Assembly: GCA_944382835.1 (NCBI GenBank)
Contig: CALWNP010000011.1
Location: 535 to 64,534 of the forward strand
Direction of reading: 5' to 3'
DNA length: 64,000 nucleotides
Origin: an uncultured Gemmiger sp.
Lineage (GTDB): Bacteria; Bacillota; Clostridia; Oscillospirales; Ruminococcaceae
Under the pieces are notes generated by a model that searched no databases, was not told the origin of the DNA, and saw nothing but the letters and a program-made list of their open reading frames with translations. Shown here piece by piece: positions 19,441 through 29,543 of this stretch. Position 1 is the first letter of the stretch; the number at the start of each line of letters is the position of its first letter. The position numbers and the translations under genes were made by a program.

Positions 19441-20457
19441 ATGATTATCTCCACCAAAAAAGGTACTCCGCAAAAGGAACTGGACGCCATCATCCACAAT
19501 TTCGAAAAACAGGGTCTCTCGGTGACCTTGATCCGCGGCACCGATTACAACGTGTTCGGTCTGGTGGGCGACACCACCAAAATCGCCGAAAAGGATGTTC
19601 TGGCCAATCCCTGGGTGGAGAACGTCACCCGTGTGTCGGCGCCCTACAAGCGGGCCAACCGGCTGTTCCATCCCGAGGACACCGTCATCGATGTGAACGG
19701 AATCAAGATCGGCGGCAACAACCCGGTGGTGGTGATGGCCGGCCCCTGCAGCATCGAGGGCAAGGAGCACACCCTGAAGATGGCCAAGCTGGTCAAGGAT
19801 GGCGGCGCCAACTTCCTGCGCGGCGGCGCCTACAAGCCGCGCACCAGCCCCTACTCCTTCCAAGGGCTGGGCACCGAGGGCATTCTGGACATGGTGGCAG
19901 CCCGGGAGGAAACCGGCCTGCCCATTGTCAGCGAACTGATGGATGAGGCCCACATCGATGAGTTTGAGCAGTATGTGGACATCGTCCAGATCGGCGCGCG
20001 CAACATGCAGAACTTCCAGCTGCTGAAGGCGGTGGGCAAGATGCACAAGCCAGTGCTGCTCAAGCGCGGCCTGGCCAACACCATCGAGGAGTGGATCATG
20101 TCTGCCGAATACATCATGGCGGGCGGCAACGAGCAGGTCATCCTCTGTGAGCGGGGCATCCGCACCTTCGAGCGCTACACCCGCAACACCCTGGACCTGT
20201 CCGCGGTGCCGGTGGTCAAGGAAAAGACCCACCTGCCGGTCATTGTGGACCCCAGCCACGCCACCGGCGACTGGAAACTGGTGGAGAGCATGGCCCTGGC
20301 CGCAGTGGCGGCCGGCGCCGACGGCCTGGAAGTGGAAGTGCACGACAACCCGCAGTGCGCCTGGAGCGACGGTGCCCAGTGCCTCAAGCCGGACAAGTTT
20401 GCCGAGATGGTGGCCAAGTGCCGCAAGGTGGCGGCAGCGGTCGGCCGTGAGATGTAA
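19441..20457 (+). CDS. aroF: DAHP synthase type I-beta with N-terminal regulatory domain
   Basis: AGPCSIE, KPRTSPYSFQG, QIGARNMQN, LCERGIRT, DPSH. Confidence 0.96.
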   Translation: MIISTKKGTPQKELDAIIHNFEKQGLSVTLIRGTDYNVFGLVGDTTKIAEKDVLANPWVENVTRVSAPYKRANRLFHPEDTVIDVNGIKIGGNNPVVVMAGPCSIEGKEHTLKMAKLVKDGGANFLRGGAYKPRTSPYSFQGLGTEGILDMVAAREETGLPIVSELMDEAHIDEFEQYVDIVQIGARNMQNFQLLKAVGKMHKPVLLKRGLANTIEEWIMSAEYIMAGGNEQVILCERGIRTFERYTRNTLDLSAVPVVKEKTHLPVIVDPSHATGDWKLVESMALAAVAAGADGLEVEVHDNPQCAWSDGAQCLKPDKFAEMVAKCRKVAAAVGREM

Positions 20458-20480
20458 GGCTCGCCCGGTAAGGAAATGAG

Positions 20481-21770
20481 GTGACAGCCTTGGACGCAAA
20501 ACTTTATGTCAGCCGCCTGGGCGGCAAGGCGGCGGTTCCGCCCAGCAAAAGCGCGGCCCACCGTGCGGTGCTCTGCGCAGGGCTGGCCTACGGCACCAGC
20601 CGTATTGACAACATCCAGTATTCCGACGATATCCGGGTGACCCTGGGGGCGGTGCGCCAGCTGGGGGCCAAGATTGTGGAGGAGGAACATGCGGTGGTCA
20701 TCACCGGACGTGGCTCCGACGGTTTTGTCACGGTGACCCGGCCGGTCTACTGCAAGGAGAGCGGCAGCACCCTGAGGCTGCTGATCCCGGTGTTCAGCCT
20801 TACCGCCCAGAAGGTGCACTTCACCGGGGCGGAGCGGCTGTTTGCCCGCCCCCAGGAAGTCTACCGCCTGCTGTTCAACCGGCAGGGGCTCCGGTTTGAG
20901 CAGGGACCGGATGGCATCACCATCTTTGGCCGGCTGCGTCCCGGCGGATTTACCCTGCCCGGGGACGTCTCCAGCCAGTTCATCAGCGGCCTGCTCTTTG
21001 CTGCGCCGCTGATGGAATCCGAGAGCACCATCGAGGTGCGCCCGCCCTACGAGAGCCACAGCTATGTGGATTTGACGGTGGATGCTATGCAGCGCTTCGG
21101 TGTCAAGGTCACCGCCCGCACTCATCGGGATGGGGCGGTGGTCTACCGGGTGGCCGCCCCCCAGCGCTACACCGCCTGCGATTTCGCGGTGGAAGGGGAT
21201 TACAGCCAGGCCGCGTTCCTGGCGGTGCTGGGCACCATCATCGGGGGCATCTCGGTCACCGGCCTCAATGCCTCCTCCCGCCAGGGGGATAAGGTCATTC
21301 TGGACATCCTCAAGCGCTGCGGGGCCAAATATTCGGTGCGGGGAGATACGATTCAGTTCTCCCGCAGCCTGCTGCGTGCCACCGAGATTGATCTGTCGGA
21401 CTGCCCGGATCTGGGTCCCATCCTGATCGCCATGGGCTGCTTCTGCAGTGGGACCACCATCATCCGCAACGCCGGTCGGCTGCGCATCAAGGAATCCGAC
21501 CGCATCGAGTCGATGCAGACCGAGCTGGCCAAGATGGGCGCCCGGGTGGAGGTGGAAGGGGATACCCTGACCGTCTCGGGGGTGCCGCTGCACGCCCCCA
21601 ATGCCCCGCTGGAAAGCCACAACGACCATCGGGTGGCCATGAGCCTGTCGGTGGCGGCCTATGCGGCAGGGGTTCCTGCGCTGCTGCGCGGGGCGGAATC
21701 GGTCAACAAGAGCTGGCCGGACTTTTTTGAGGTTCTGCGCGGTTTGGGCGCAAAAATCACACTGGAATAA
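20481..21770 (+). CDS. aroA: EPSP synthase
   Basis: PPSKS, ESGSTLR, SSQFISGLL, RIKESDRI, DHRVAM. Confidence 0.95.
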   Translation: MTALDAKLYVSRLGGKAAVPPSKSAAHRAVLCAGLAYGTSRIDNIQYSDDIRVTLGAVRQLGAKIVEEEHAVVITGRGSDGFVTVTRPVYCKESGSTLRLLIPVFSLTAQKVHFTGAERLFARPQEVYRLLFNRQGLRFEQGPDGITIFGRLRPGGFTLPGDVSSQFISGLLFAAPLMESESTIEVRPPYESHSYVDLTVDAMQRFGVKVTARTHRDGAVVYRVAAPQRYTACDFAVEGDYSQAAFLAVLGTIIGGISVTGLNASSRQGDKVILDILKRCGAKYSVRGDTIQFSRSLLRATEIDLSDCPDLGPILIAMGCFCSGTTIIRNAGRLRIKESDRIESMQTELAKMGARVEVEGDTLTVSGVPLHAPNAPLESHNDHRVAMSLSVAAYAAGVPALLRGAESVNKSWPDFFEVLRGLGAKITLE

Positions 21771-21799
21771 ATCGTGTTGAAATAAGGGAGGGGTGAAGG

Positions 21800-22651
21800 A
21801 TGGACGCATCCAAAACCTATCTGATTGTCGGGTTGGGGCTGCTGGGCGGTAAATATGCCCAGACCCTTTCGGGAAAGGGATTTACCGTGACCGGGATTGA
21901 CTGCAACCCCGATACCATTCGTTATGCGCTGGAAAAGGCGTACATCAGTGCCGGCGCCACCGAACAGTTTGAAGATCTGGTCCGCCAGGCGGATGTGATC
22001 ATCTTTGGGCTGTATCCCACCGCTTTGCTGGATTGGGTGCGGCAATACGGCCAATGGATCCAGCCCGGTACCCTGGTCACCGATGTCTGCGGCGTCAAGC
22101 GGGGGGTTGTGGGCCCGGTGCAGGAGATGCTGCCCCAGGGGGTGGAGTTCATCGCCAGCCATCCCATGGCCGGTCGGGAAACCAGCGGCATCACCCACAG
22201 CGCCGAGGTGGATTTTGCCCCGGCCAACTTCATCATCACCCCCACCGCCCGCAATACCCAGGCGGCCATCGACTGGTGCCGGGATCTGGCCCACACTTTG
22301 GGCTTTGCCCGGATCACCACCCTGACGGTGGCGGAACATGACCGGATGATCGGCTATGTCAGCCAGCTCTGCCATGCCATTGCGGTCAGCCTGATGTGCG
22401 CCAGCGACAATGCCGACTTGGCCTGCTACACCGGCGATTCCTTCCGAGATCTGACCCGCATTGCCCGCATCAACGACAAGATGTGGGCGGAGCTGTTCCT
22501 CTGGAACAAGGACAATCTGATCGGAGAGATCGATATGTTCAGCACCGCGCTGGGGGAACTGCGCCAGAAACTGGTGGCGGACGACCGGAAAGGGCTGGAA
22601 GAGATGTTCCGCCTTTCCACCCAGCGCCGCAAGGCGTTCGACAAAAAATAA
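21800..22651 (+). CDS. tyrA: prephenate dehydrogenase
   Basis: GLGLLGG Rossmann motif, SHPMAGRE, HD..I...SQL.H, TGDSFRDLTRIA. Confidence 0.92.
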   Translation: MDASKTYLIVGLGLLGGKYAQTLSGKGFTVTGIDCNPDTIRYALEKAYISAGATEQFEDLVRQADVIIFGLYPTALLDWVRQYGQWIQPGTLVTDVCGVKRGVVGPVQEMLPQGVEFIASHPMAGRETSGITHSAEVDFAPANFIITPTARNTQAAIDWCRDLAHTLGFARITTLTVAEHDRMIGYVSQLCHAIAVSLMCASDNADLACYTGDSFRDLTRIARINDKMWAELFLWNKDNLIGEIDMFSTALGELRQKLVADDRKGLEEMFRLSTQRRKAFDKK

Positions 22652-22670
22652 CAACAGGGGGGCTTCTGCG

Positions 22671-23666
22671 ATGCCGCGTAAAGAAGGTCAAAAACTCAAA
22701 CTTCTGGTTCTGCTGGAGATCCTGACCCGCGAGACAGACGAAAATCATCCGTTGAGCGTGCCGCGTCTGGTGGAACTGCTGCGCGCCCGCGGGGTGGATG
22801 CCGAGCGCAAGAGCGTCTATGATGACATCCAGACCCTCAACGAGATGCCCGGCTCTCCCATTGAGATTGTCCAGCAGCGGGGACGGGGCGGCGGTTACTA
22901 TATGACCGACGCTCCCTTTGAACTGGCGGAACTCAAACTGCTGGTGGACGCTGTCTATGCCAGCAAATTCATCACCGCCCGCAAAAGCAGGGTCCTGATC
23001 GAAAAGCTGGGTCGTTTCACCAGCCGTTACCGCCAGGAAGAACTGGACCGCAAGGTTCTGGTTTCGGGACGGGTGAAAAGCCAGGATGAACACATTCTGT
23101 ACAGCGTGGACACGCTGCATGGGGCCATCACGGCGGGGTGCCAGGTCCAGTTCAAATACTGTGACTGGGACCTGCAAAAACGGATGACCCCCCGCCACCG
23201 CGGCCAGCTGTATCAGGTCAGCCCCTGGGTGCTGGTCTGGGAGAACGGCAACTACTATCTGATCGCCTATACCGAGGGGCGGCTGAAGCACTACCGGGTG
23301 GACAAGATGGCACGGGTGGAGATGCTGCCCGAGACCAAGCGGGAAGGGGCCGATGAGTATGCGGCCTTTGATGTCAACGTCTACATGCAGCAGATGTTCG
23401 GCATGTTCAACGGCCCGCTGAAAAAGGTCACCCTGCAATGCGAAAACCGCTTTGCGGGGGCCATGATCGACCGGTTTGGCACCGCCCCGGTGCTGGTGCC
23501 GCTGCCGGACAAGGAACACTTTACCATCTCGGTGGAAATCCAGGTCAGCCCCCAGTTCTTTGGCTGGGTGGCCGGCTTTGGCACCGGGGTGGAAATTCTG
23601 GGCCCGGCGGATGTGCGGGCGGAAATGAAGCGCACCCTGGACAATCTGCAGGGGCTGTATCGCTGA
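22671..23666 (+). CDS. WYL-domain transcriptional regulator (wHTH-WYL-WCX)
   Basis: N-terminal HTH (ERKSVYDDIQTL), VSPWVLVWENGNYYL and HYRVDKM WYL core, FFGWV in WCX. Confidence 0.9.
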   Translation: MPRKEGQKLKLLVLLEILTRETDENHPLSVPRLVELLRARGVDAERKSVYDDIQTLNEMPGSPIEIVQQRGRGGGYYMTDAPFELAELKLLVDAVYASKFITARKSRVLIEKLGRFTSRYRQEELDRKVLVSGRVKSQDEHILYSVDTLHGAITAGCQVQFKYCDWDLQKRMTPRHRGQLYQVSPWVLVWENGNYYLIAYTEGRLKHYRVDKMARVEMLPETKREGADEYAAFDVNVYMQQMFGMFNGPLKKVTLQCENRFAGAMIDRFGTAPVLVPLPDKEHFTISVEIQVSPQFFGWVAGFGTGVEILGPADVRAEMKRTLDNLQGLYR

Positions 23667-23683
23667 CGGGGGAGAAGGCACAG

Positions 23684-25771
23684 ATGGAACACAAGCCGGC
23701 CAAACGAGGAATTCTGCGGCGGATGCTGCTCTGGCTGCTGCTTCTGGCCGTTCTGGCCGGATTGGCGGCGGCACGGGGGTTGGCTGCCAGCCAGGACATC
23801 GGGTACGAGATCATGAACGGTGATTTCCAGAACTACAACCCGGTGCGCCGACTGCTGGCCGGCCAGATTCCGTTCCGGGACTTTACCGTCTATCTGGGGG
23901 CCGGAGAACTGTACAGTGTCTCTGCCATCCTGCTGGTCATCGGAAACAGCTTTGGCCGCAGTATGTTTGCCACCAACTTCCTGACCTGGTTCTTCTTTGA
24001 AGTCCTAATTCTCGCTGTCTGTACCGTGGTGCTGGGCCGTGTACGCTGGGCCTGGGGACTGACGATGGTTTTGTCGGCCTACTTTTTTGCGGTGGTTTCA
24101 GGGATTCCGGTTCCTCTGGCGGCACAGGCGGGCAGCCTGCTGAGCTACGCGGCCCGCAACGGCAACAGTGCCCGGATGATGCGGTCGGCGGCGCTGCCCA
24201 TCGCGGTGCTGCTCATTGCCGCCGGACTGCACCGCTGGAACACCCGGGGACGCCCCGGCGGACGCCAGCTGCTGCGGCCGGATGTGCTGGTGCCGCTGGT
24301 GGCGGGGGCGCTGGTCCCCTGGAGCAATGATATGGGGGCAGCGCTTTACATTGCAATTGCCCTGGGCTACGGGCTGTTCCTGCTCCGCCTTTATCACAGA
24401 GATTTCCGGCGGGTTCTGCTCAAAACCGTCCAGTTCATCGGCATCAGCATTCTGGGGCTGGGAGCGGCGGTTCTGCTGGTCAGCTGGGGTCACCCGCTGG
24501 CCTGGCTGCTCCAGACCCGGGGGATCAGCAGCTATCAGGCATGGTATTATGGAACGGCACCGGACGGCAAGCTGTACTACCTCTCCCAGCTTCAGCCGGA
24601 TCTCTGGTTTGGCCTTTGTCTTGTGCTGGCGGTGGCCTTTGCGGTGGGCATCTTTTGCTGCCGCAGCCCCCGCAGCGCGGTTCTTGCCGCCGGCGGTTTT
24701 GCCCTGACATTGGGGATGGCACTGTGGAACCTGCTCTACTGCATCCTGTCCTCCAACATCGAGGGACCTCTCGGCGGTGGGCAGGCGCTGATGGCTGCCA
24801 TGATCCCGGCCCTGGTGGTGCGCGGCATCCTCATGGGGGCAGAGCACCTTCCTGCACATTCGGTCAAGATCTGGGTGGGACGGATTGTCTCTGTGGCCTG
24901 TGCCGGTGTGGCAGGCCTTGTCATGATCGGCGGCGTGTGGGGAGAACTGAGCACCCGCCAGGCAGAGCGCGAAGCGGCCGGCCTGACCTATGTGGAGGCG
25001 CTGGGCGGCTGGACCGGCGACCAGGCGGAAAAGCTGGCCACCGAGCAGAGCATCCAGGCAGGCCGCACCGTCTGGAGCACCTATGCCAGCGCGCTGGAAG
25101 CCATGACCGGGCAGTTCCAGCCCAGCGGCACCGATTACATCATCCATGTGATGGGGGACCGGCAGCGGCTGGCCTATCTGCAGCAGTTCCAGGCCGGCGG
25201 GTTTGATCTGGTGGAAACCCCCAGCCCCAAGGTCTCCTCCTCCGAGCGGTGGAGCCGCAACGCCAACTGGTGGTTCTACCGGGAACTCTACCGCTACTGG
25301 CAGCCAGTGGGAACCACCTTCGCCTGCGGTGGAATGCACCTGTTCTGGGAGAGAACGGGGGTGGACAATGATCTGGCCCAGCCCTGCACCGTGACGGTGG
25401 ATCAGGATTCCGCCAGCCATCTGACCCTGACGGTGACCACCGAAGACCCGTCCTTTTGTGGGGTGGCGGACCTGCATCTGGAATATCAGTTCTCTGTGGC
25501 AAAGAATTTCCGGCTGCGGGGGGGCTTGGGCAGCTTCCTGCATCTGACCGCGGTGACGGAAAACCAGCTTTGTGAAGCGGCTGGCCGGGATACCCATGCG
25601 GGCGACTTCTTTCTGCCCACCGACCGGGGCGTCTATGACATTCCGGTGACCATCAACCAGGGCACTGGAGTGGTGGAGCTGACCGCACTGCCCGGGGATG
25701 CCGCCTCCATCCAGGTGGTCGGTACCTCGGTCAGCGGAACCTTTACCGATTGGGAGTACTTTTTTGAATGA
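23684..25771 (+). CDS. large polytopic membrane protein, GT-C-like
   Basis: ATG 23684 behind GGAGAAGG; roughly 10 or more hydrophobic segments then a soluble C-terminal domain; first loop GQIPFRDFTVYLG recalls GT-C enzymes (family by inference). Confidence 0.7.
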   Translation: MEHKPAKRGILRRMLLWLLLLAVLAGLAAARGLAASQDIGYEIMNGDFQNYNPVRRLLAGQIPFRDFTVYLGAGELYSVSAILLVIGNSFGRSMFATNFLTWFFFEVLILAVCTVVLGRVRWAWGLTMVLSAYFFAVVSGIPVPLAAQAGSLLSYAARNGNSARMMRSAALPIAVLLIAAGLHRWNTRGRPGGRQLLRPDVLVPLVAGALVPWSNDMGAALYIAIALGYGLFLLRLYHRDFRRVLLKTVQFIGISILGLGAAVLLVSWGHPLAWLLQTRGISSYQAWYYGTAPDGKLYYLSQLQPDLWFGLCLVLAVAFAVGIFCCRSPRSAVLAAGGFALTLGMALWNLLYCILSSNIEGPLGGGQALMAAMIPALVVRGILMGAEHLPAHSVKIWVGRIVSVACAGVAGLVMIGGVWGELSTRQAEREAAGLTYVEALGGWTGDQAEKLATEQSIQAGRTVWSTYASALEAMTGQFQPSGTDYIIHVMGDRQRLAYLQQFQAGGFDLVETPSPKVSSSERWSRNANWWFYRELYRYWQPVGTTFACGGMHLFWERTGVDNDLAQPCTVTVDQDSASHLTLTVTTEDPSFCGVADLHLEYQFSVAKNFRLRGGLGSFLHLTAVTENQLCEAAGRDTHAGDFFLPTDRGVYDIPVTINQGTGVVELTALPGDAASIQVVGTSVSGTFTDWEYFFE

Positions 25772-25802
25772 GCCGGGGCAGGACATATGCTGTGGCCTTT
25801 GG

Positions 25803-25831
25803 TTGAAAGAATCGGCGGTTTGTGGTATCCT
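25803..25831 (+). promoter_or_regulatory. sigma-A promoter of the second glycan locus
   Basis: TTGAAA-N17-TATCCT with TGn extension. Confidence 0.6.
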
Positions 25832-25883
25832 TAATAGGATCATGACGGCGAGAGCTATCGTGTAAGGAAGGGAGGCCGGCACA

Positions 25884-27296
25884 TTGCTGGAGAAAAACCA
25901 ACGAATCAAGGCCTTGTGCAGCGGTGCCCTGGATGCGGTGCTGCTGTTTGCCGCCTTCCTGCTGGCTAATTATCTGCGATTCAACTACCTGCGGTACTTC
26001 CAGCCCGGCGGAGCCGGCCCGGCGCTGCTCATCGCCCGGGACCACCGGACGGTGCTGGCCGGGGCTCTCTATGGCATCATTGCTGCCCTGGTGTTTGGGA
26101 TCTGCGGGCTTTATAATGCCTCCCGTCTGCGGGGACTGTGGCGCCGCTGCCGGACCATTGTGCTGGTCAATGCGGTTGGCATCCTGATCTTTGAGGCATT
26201 GCTCTATCAATTCCGGATAACTGATTTTTCCCGGATGGTCATTGGATTGTTTTACCTCTTCGGCACCGGCTTTTTGATTGCCAAGCGACTGTGTGTGCGC
26301 TGGTATGACCGCTGCCTGCGGCGCAAAGGGGAGGGCTTCCGTCACATTCTGCTGGTGGGGGGAGGCCGGATGGCCGGCCAGTACCTGCTGGCATTGGAAC
26401 GCAATCCCTATTATGGCTTCCAGGTGGATGGCTACCTGGCGCCGGCCGAAAACCCTTCGCTGAAGGCAAAATATTTGGGCGGATACGACAAGATGGACCA
26501 GTGCCTGGATGACCCCGCGGTGGAGGAGGTTTTGGTCGCGCTGGACGCCGATGAGATGGCCATGATTCCCAAGGCTTTCGCAGCCTGTGACAAACACGGC
26601 ACCCGCATCACCATGGTGCCCTTTTACAACGATTATCTGCCGGCACGCCCCACCATCGATGTGGTGGGCAACTGCAAACTCATCAACGTCCGCCAAACCC
26701 CCTTTGACAACATCCTCAATGCGGCGGTCAAGCGGCTGATGGATATTGTGGGAAGTCTGATCCTCATTGTCCTCACCAGCCCGGTGATGCTGGCGGTGGC
26801 CATCGGGGTCAAGCTGTCCAGCCCGGGACCCATCATCTTCCGGCAGGAGCGCATCGGGCTGAACAAGCGCCCCTTTATGATGTACAAGTTCCGGTCCATG
26901 CGGGTCAATGCCCAGCAGGATACCGGCTGGTCCACCGGAACCGATCCTCGCAAAACCCGGTTCGGCAGCCTGATCCGCAAATTCAGCCTGGATGAACTGC
27001 CGCAGTTTTTCAATGTCTTGAAAGGGGATATGAGCCTGGTGGGCCCGCGCCCCGAGGTGCCCTTTCATGTGGAGCACTTCAAGGAGGAAATTCCCCGGTA
27101 TCTAGTGCGGCAGCAGGTTCGCCCCGGATGCACCGGATGGGCCCAGATCAACGGCCTGCGCGGCGATACCGACATTGCCGAGCGGATCCGGTATGACATC
27201 TGGTACATCGAAAACTGGACCGTCGCGCTGGATATCAAGATTATTTTCCGTACCGTCTTTGGCGGTAAGATGGTCAACGATGAGAAAATTGGGTGA
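25884..27296 (+). CDS. wcaJ: undecaprenyl-phosphate hexose-1-phosphate transferase (initiating GT)
   Basis: Four N-terminal TM helices, CoA-binding-like middle domain, KFRSM, DELPQFFNVLKGDMSLVGPRPE, GWAQING. Confidence 0.93.
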   Translation: MLEKNQRIKALCSGALDAVLLFAAFLLANYLRFNYLRYFQPGGAGPALLIARDHRTVLAGALYGIIAALVFGICGLYNASRLRGLWRRCRTIVLVNAVGILIFEALLYQFRITDFSRMVIGLFYLFGTGFLIAKRLCVRWYDRCLRRKGEGFRHILLVGGGRMAGQYLLALERNPYYGFQVDGYLAPAENPSLKAKYLGGYDKMDQCLDDPAVEEVLVALDADEMAMIPKAFAACDKHGTRITMVPFYNDYLPARPTIDVVGNCKLINVRQTPFDNILNAAVKRLMDIVGSLILIVLTSPVMLAVAIGVKLSSPGPIIFRQERIGLNKRPFMMYKFRSMRVNAQQDTGWSTGTDPRKTRFGSLIRKFSLDELPQFFNVLKGDMSLVGPRPEVPFHVEHFKEEIPRYLVRQQVRPGCTGWAQINGLRGDTDIAERIRYDIWYIENWTVALDIKIIFRTVFGGKMVNDEKIG

Positions 27297-27320
27297 ATGC
27301 ACCTGGAAAGAAGGCAACAG

Positions 27321-28481
27321 ATGCAAAACAAAAAGCTGAAAGTGGCCATCGTGCATGACTGGCTGGTCTCCTATGCGGGAGCCGACCGGGTGGTGGACTG
27401 TATGCACCACGTCTTTCCCGATGCACCCATCTATACCCTGGTCTACGACCAGAAAAAGATGCCAGAGTGGTTCAAGGACTACGACATCCGCACCACCTAC
27501 ATCCAGAAATTGCCCTTTGCCACCCGGCTGTACAAGGCACTGCTGCCCTGGATGCCCCGGGCGTTCGAGGCGCTGGATCTTTCGGAGTATGATCTGGTGA
27601 TCTCCTCCTGCTCTTCCTGCAGCAAGGGGGTCATCACCCGGCCGGACGCGGTGCACATCTGCTACTGCAACACCCCGACCCGGTATATCTGGGATTTCTA
27701 CTACACCTATCGGGACAATGCCAACCCCCTGGTGCGTGCGGTCATGCCGGGACAGATCTACAAGCTGCGCCAGTGGGACAAGTGCGCCGCCGACCGGGTG
27801 GATTATTTCATTGCCAATTCCCACTACATTGCCCAGCGCATCAAGAAGTATTACCGCCGGGACAGTGATGTGATCTACCCCTGCGTTCACATCAATGAGG
27901 CGCCCTTTGTCCCCAAGGAGGACTTCTATCTGGTGGTGGGCCGCTTTACCTGGTACAAGCGGATGGACCTGGCGGTGGCTGCCTGCACCAAACTGGGCCG
28001 GCGGCTGGTGGTGATCGGCACCGGCGACGAGGAACGTGCTCTGCGCGCCATGGCAGGCCCCACCGTCGAGTTCAAGGGCAGCCTGTCCGACGCCGAAATC
28101 CGGGAGTACTATCTGCGGGCCAAGGCCTTCTTGTTCCCCGGAGAGGAAGACTTCGGCATCACCCCGGTGGAGGCCCAGAGCGCCGGAACCCCGGTGCTGG
28201 CCTTCCACCGTGGCGGCGCCTGTGAGACGGTGGTGGACGGAAAAACCGGCTTGTTCTTTGAGGCCCAGACCCCGGACAGTCTGGCGGACTGCATCCAGCG
28301 GTTCGAGCGGGAAGGGGTGGCCTGCAGCCCGGAGGAAATCCGGGAACACAGCCGGAAGTTCAGCGAGGCACGGTTTGAGTCCGAACTCCGGGACTATTGT
28401 GAACGCCGGGTGAAGGACTGGGCGGCGGAGCTGCGCGCCTGTTCCCACTGGGATCAGCAAGAAACGGAGGATACACTGTGA
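27321..28481 (+). CDS. GT4 glycosyltransferase (WbaZ-like mannosyltransferase family)
   Basis: VAIVHDWL, SKGVIT, YCNTPTRYIWD, EEDFGITPVEAQ. Confidence 0.9.
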   Translation: MQNKKLKVAIVHDWLVSYAGADRVVDCMHHVFPDAPIYTLVYDQKKMPEWFKDYDIRTTYIQKLPFATRLYKALLPWMPRAFEALDLSEYDLVISSCSSCSKGVITRPDAVHICYCNTPTRYIWDFYYTYRDNANPLVRAVMPGQIYKLRQWDKCAADRVDYFIANSHYIAQRIKKYYRRDSDVIYPCVHINEAPFVPKEDFYLVVGRFTWYKRMDLAVAACTKLGRRLVVIGTGDEERALRAMAGPTVEFKGSLSDAEIREYYLRAKAFLFPGEEDFGITPVEAQSAGTPVLAFHRGGACETVVDGKTGLFFEAQTPDSLADCIQRFEREGVACSPEEIREHSRKFSEARFESELRDYCERRVKDWAAELRACSHWDQQETEDTL

Positions 28482-29530
28482 AGCCCATTGTAATCAATGG
28501 CACGGTGCTGTGTGACACCATCACCGGCATCCCGCGCTATGTCTATGAGGTGGTCACCCGGCTGGACCCCCTGCTGGAGGGTACCGGTCTGGACGTCCGC
28601 CTCTGCTATCGGGACGATGGGCGGCCGCTGCATCTGCCTGCGCTGAAAAACATCCGCCTTGTGCCGCTGCATGCGGTGCGCTATGGCTATAACATGGTGG
28701 TTTTACCCCATTATCTGCGCCGGAACCATGCCTTTTACTGCGGCCTTGCCAGCGATGTGATCCTCACCCGCCACAGTGCGGTGGTGCTCCATGACATCCG
28801 TCCCCTGGTTCTGGAAGGGGACAAGGCTTTTTTCCGGTTCAAGTTCTGGGTCCATTGCCAGACCATCAAATGGTTTGCCGGGCAGATCTTTACTGACAGC
28901 TATAATCAGAAGGATTTGATCTGCAGCAAGCTGCACATTGCCCCCGATCGAGTGGAGGTGGTCTGGGCCGGCTGGGAGCATATCCAGCCGCTGGTCCCCG
29001 ATGAGACCATCTTTGACCGGATTCCGCAGCTCAAGCGGGGAGAATATTTTTATGCCCTGGGCAGTCTGGCCGCCCACAAAAACTACAAGTGGATCCGGGA
29101 AGTGGCCCGCCGCAACCCCGACAAGACCTTCGCGGTGGCGGGGGGCAAGGACCTGCGGGCTTTCGGTGAAGACAAGGAAGCGGTGGATACCCACAACATC
29201 CTCTACCTCGGCTATGTGACCGACGAGGAAAACAAGGCACTGATGCAGCATTGCCGGGCCTTTTTGCACCCGGCGGTCTTTGAGGGGTTCGGCATCCCGC
29301 CCCTGGAGGCGCTTTCGGTGGGGGCCAAAGTCCTGCTCTCCAAGGCCAGCTGCCTGCCCGAACTCTACGGTGATTGTGCCGCCTATTTTGACCCCAATGA
29401 TTATGAGGTGGATCTGGACGCCCTGCTGCAGACCCCGGTACAATCCCCCGAAGCGCTGCTGAAGAAATTCAGCTGGGATCGGATGGCCCGCTACTGGCTG
29501 GAACAGTTCCGCCGGTATGCGGCCGAATGA
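28478..29530 (+). CDS. GT4 glycosyltransferase
   Basis: TGIPRY, HDIRP, LGSLAAHKN, FEGFGIPPLEAL. Confidence 0.9.
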   Translation: MKPIVINGTVLCDTITGIPRYVYEVVTRLDPLLEGTGLDVRLCYRDDGRPLHLPALKNIRLVPLHAVRYGYNMVVLPHYLRRNHAFYCGLASDVILTRHSAVVLHDIRPLVLEGDKAFFRFKFWVHCQTIKWFAGQIFTDSYNQKDLICSKLHIAPDRVEVVWAGWEHIQPLVPDETIFDRIPQLKRGEYFYALGSLAAHKNYKWIREVARRNPDKTFAVAGGKDLRAFGEDKEAVDTHNILYLGYVTDEENKALMQHCRAFLHPAVFEGFGIPPLEALSVGAKVLLSKASCLPELYGDCAAYFDPNDYEVDLDALLQTPVQSPEALLKKFSWDRMARYWLEQFRRYAAE

Positions 29531-29543
29531 ATGAGGTGAAGCC

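Noticed and set aside
17923-20499. 858-aa antisense ORF
   Set aside because: Shadow of aroE/K and aroF caused by GC3-biased codons; no motifs or RBS
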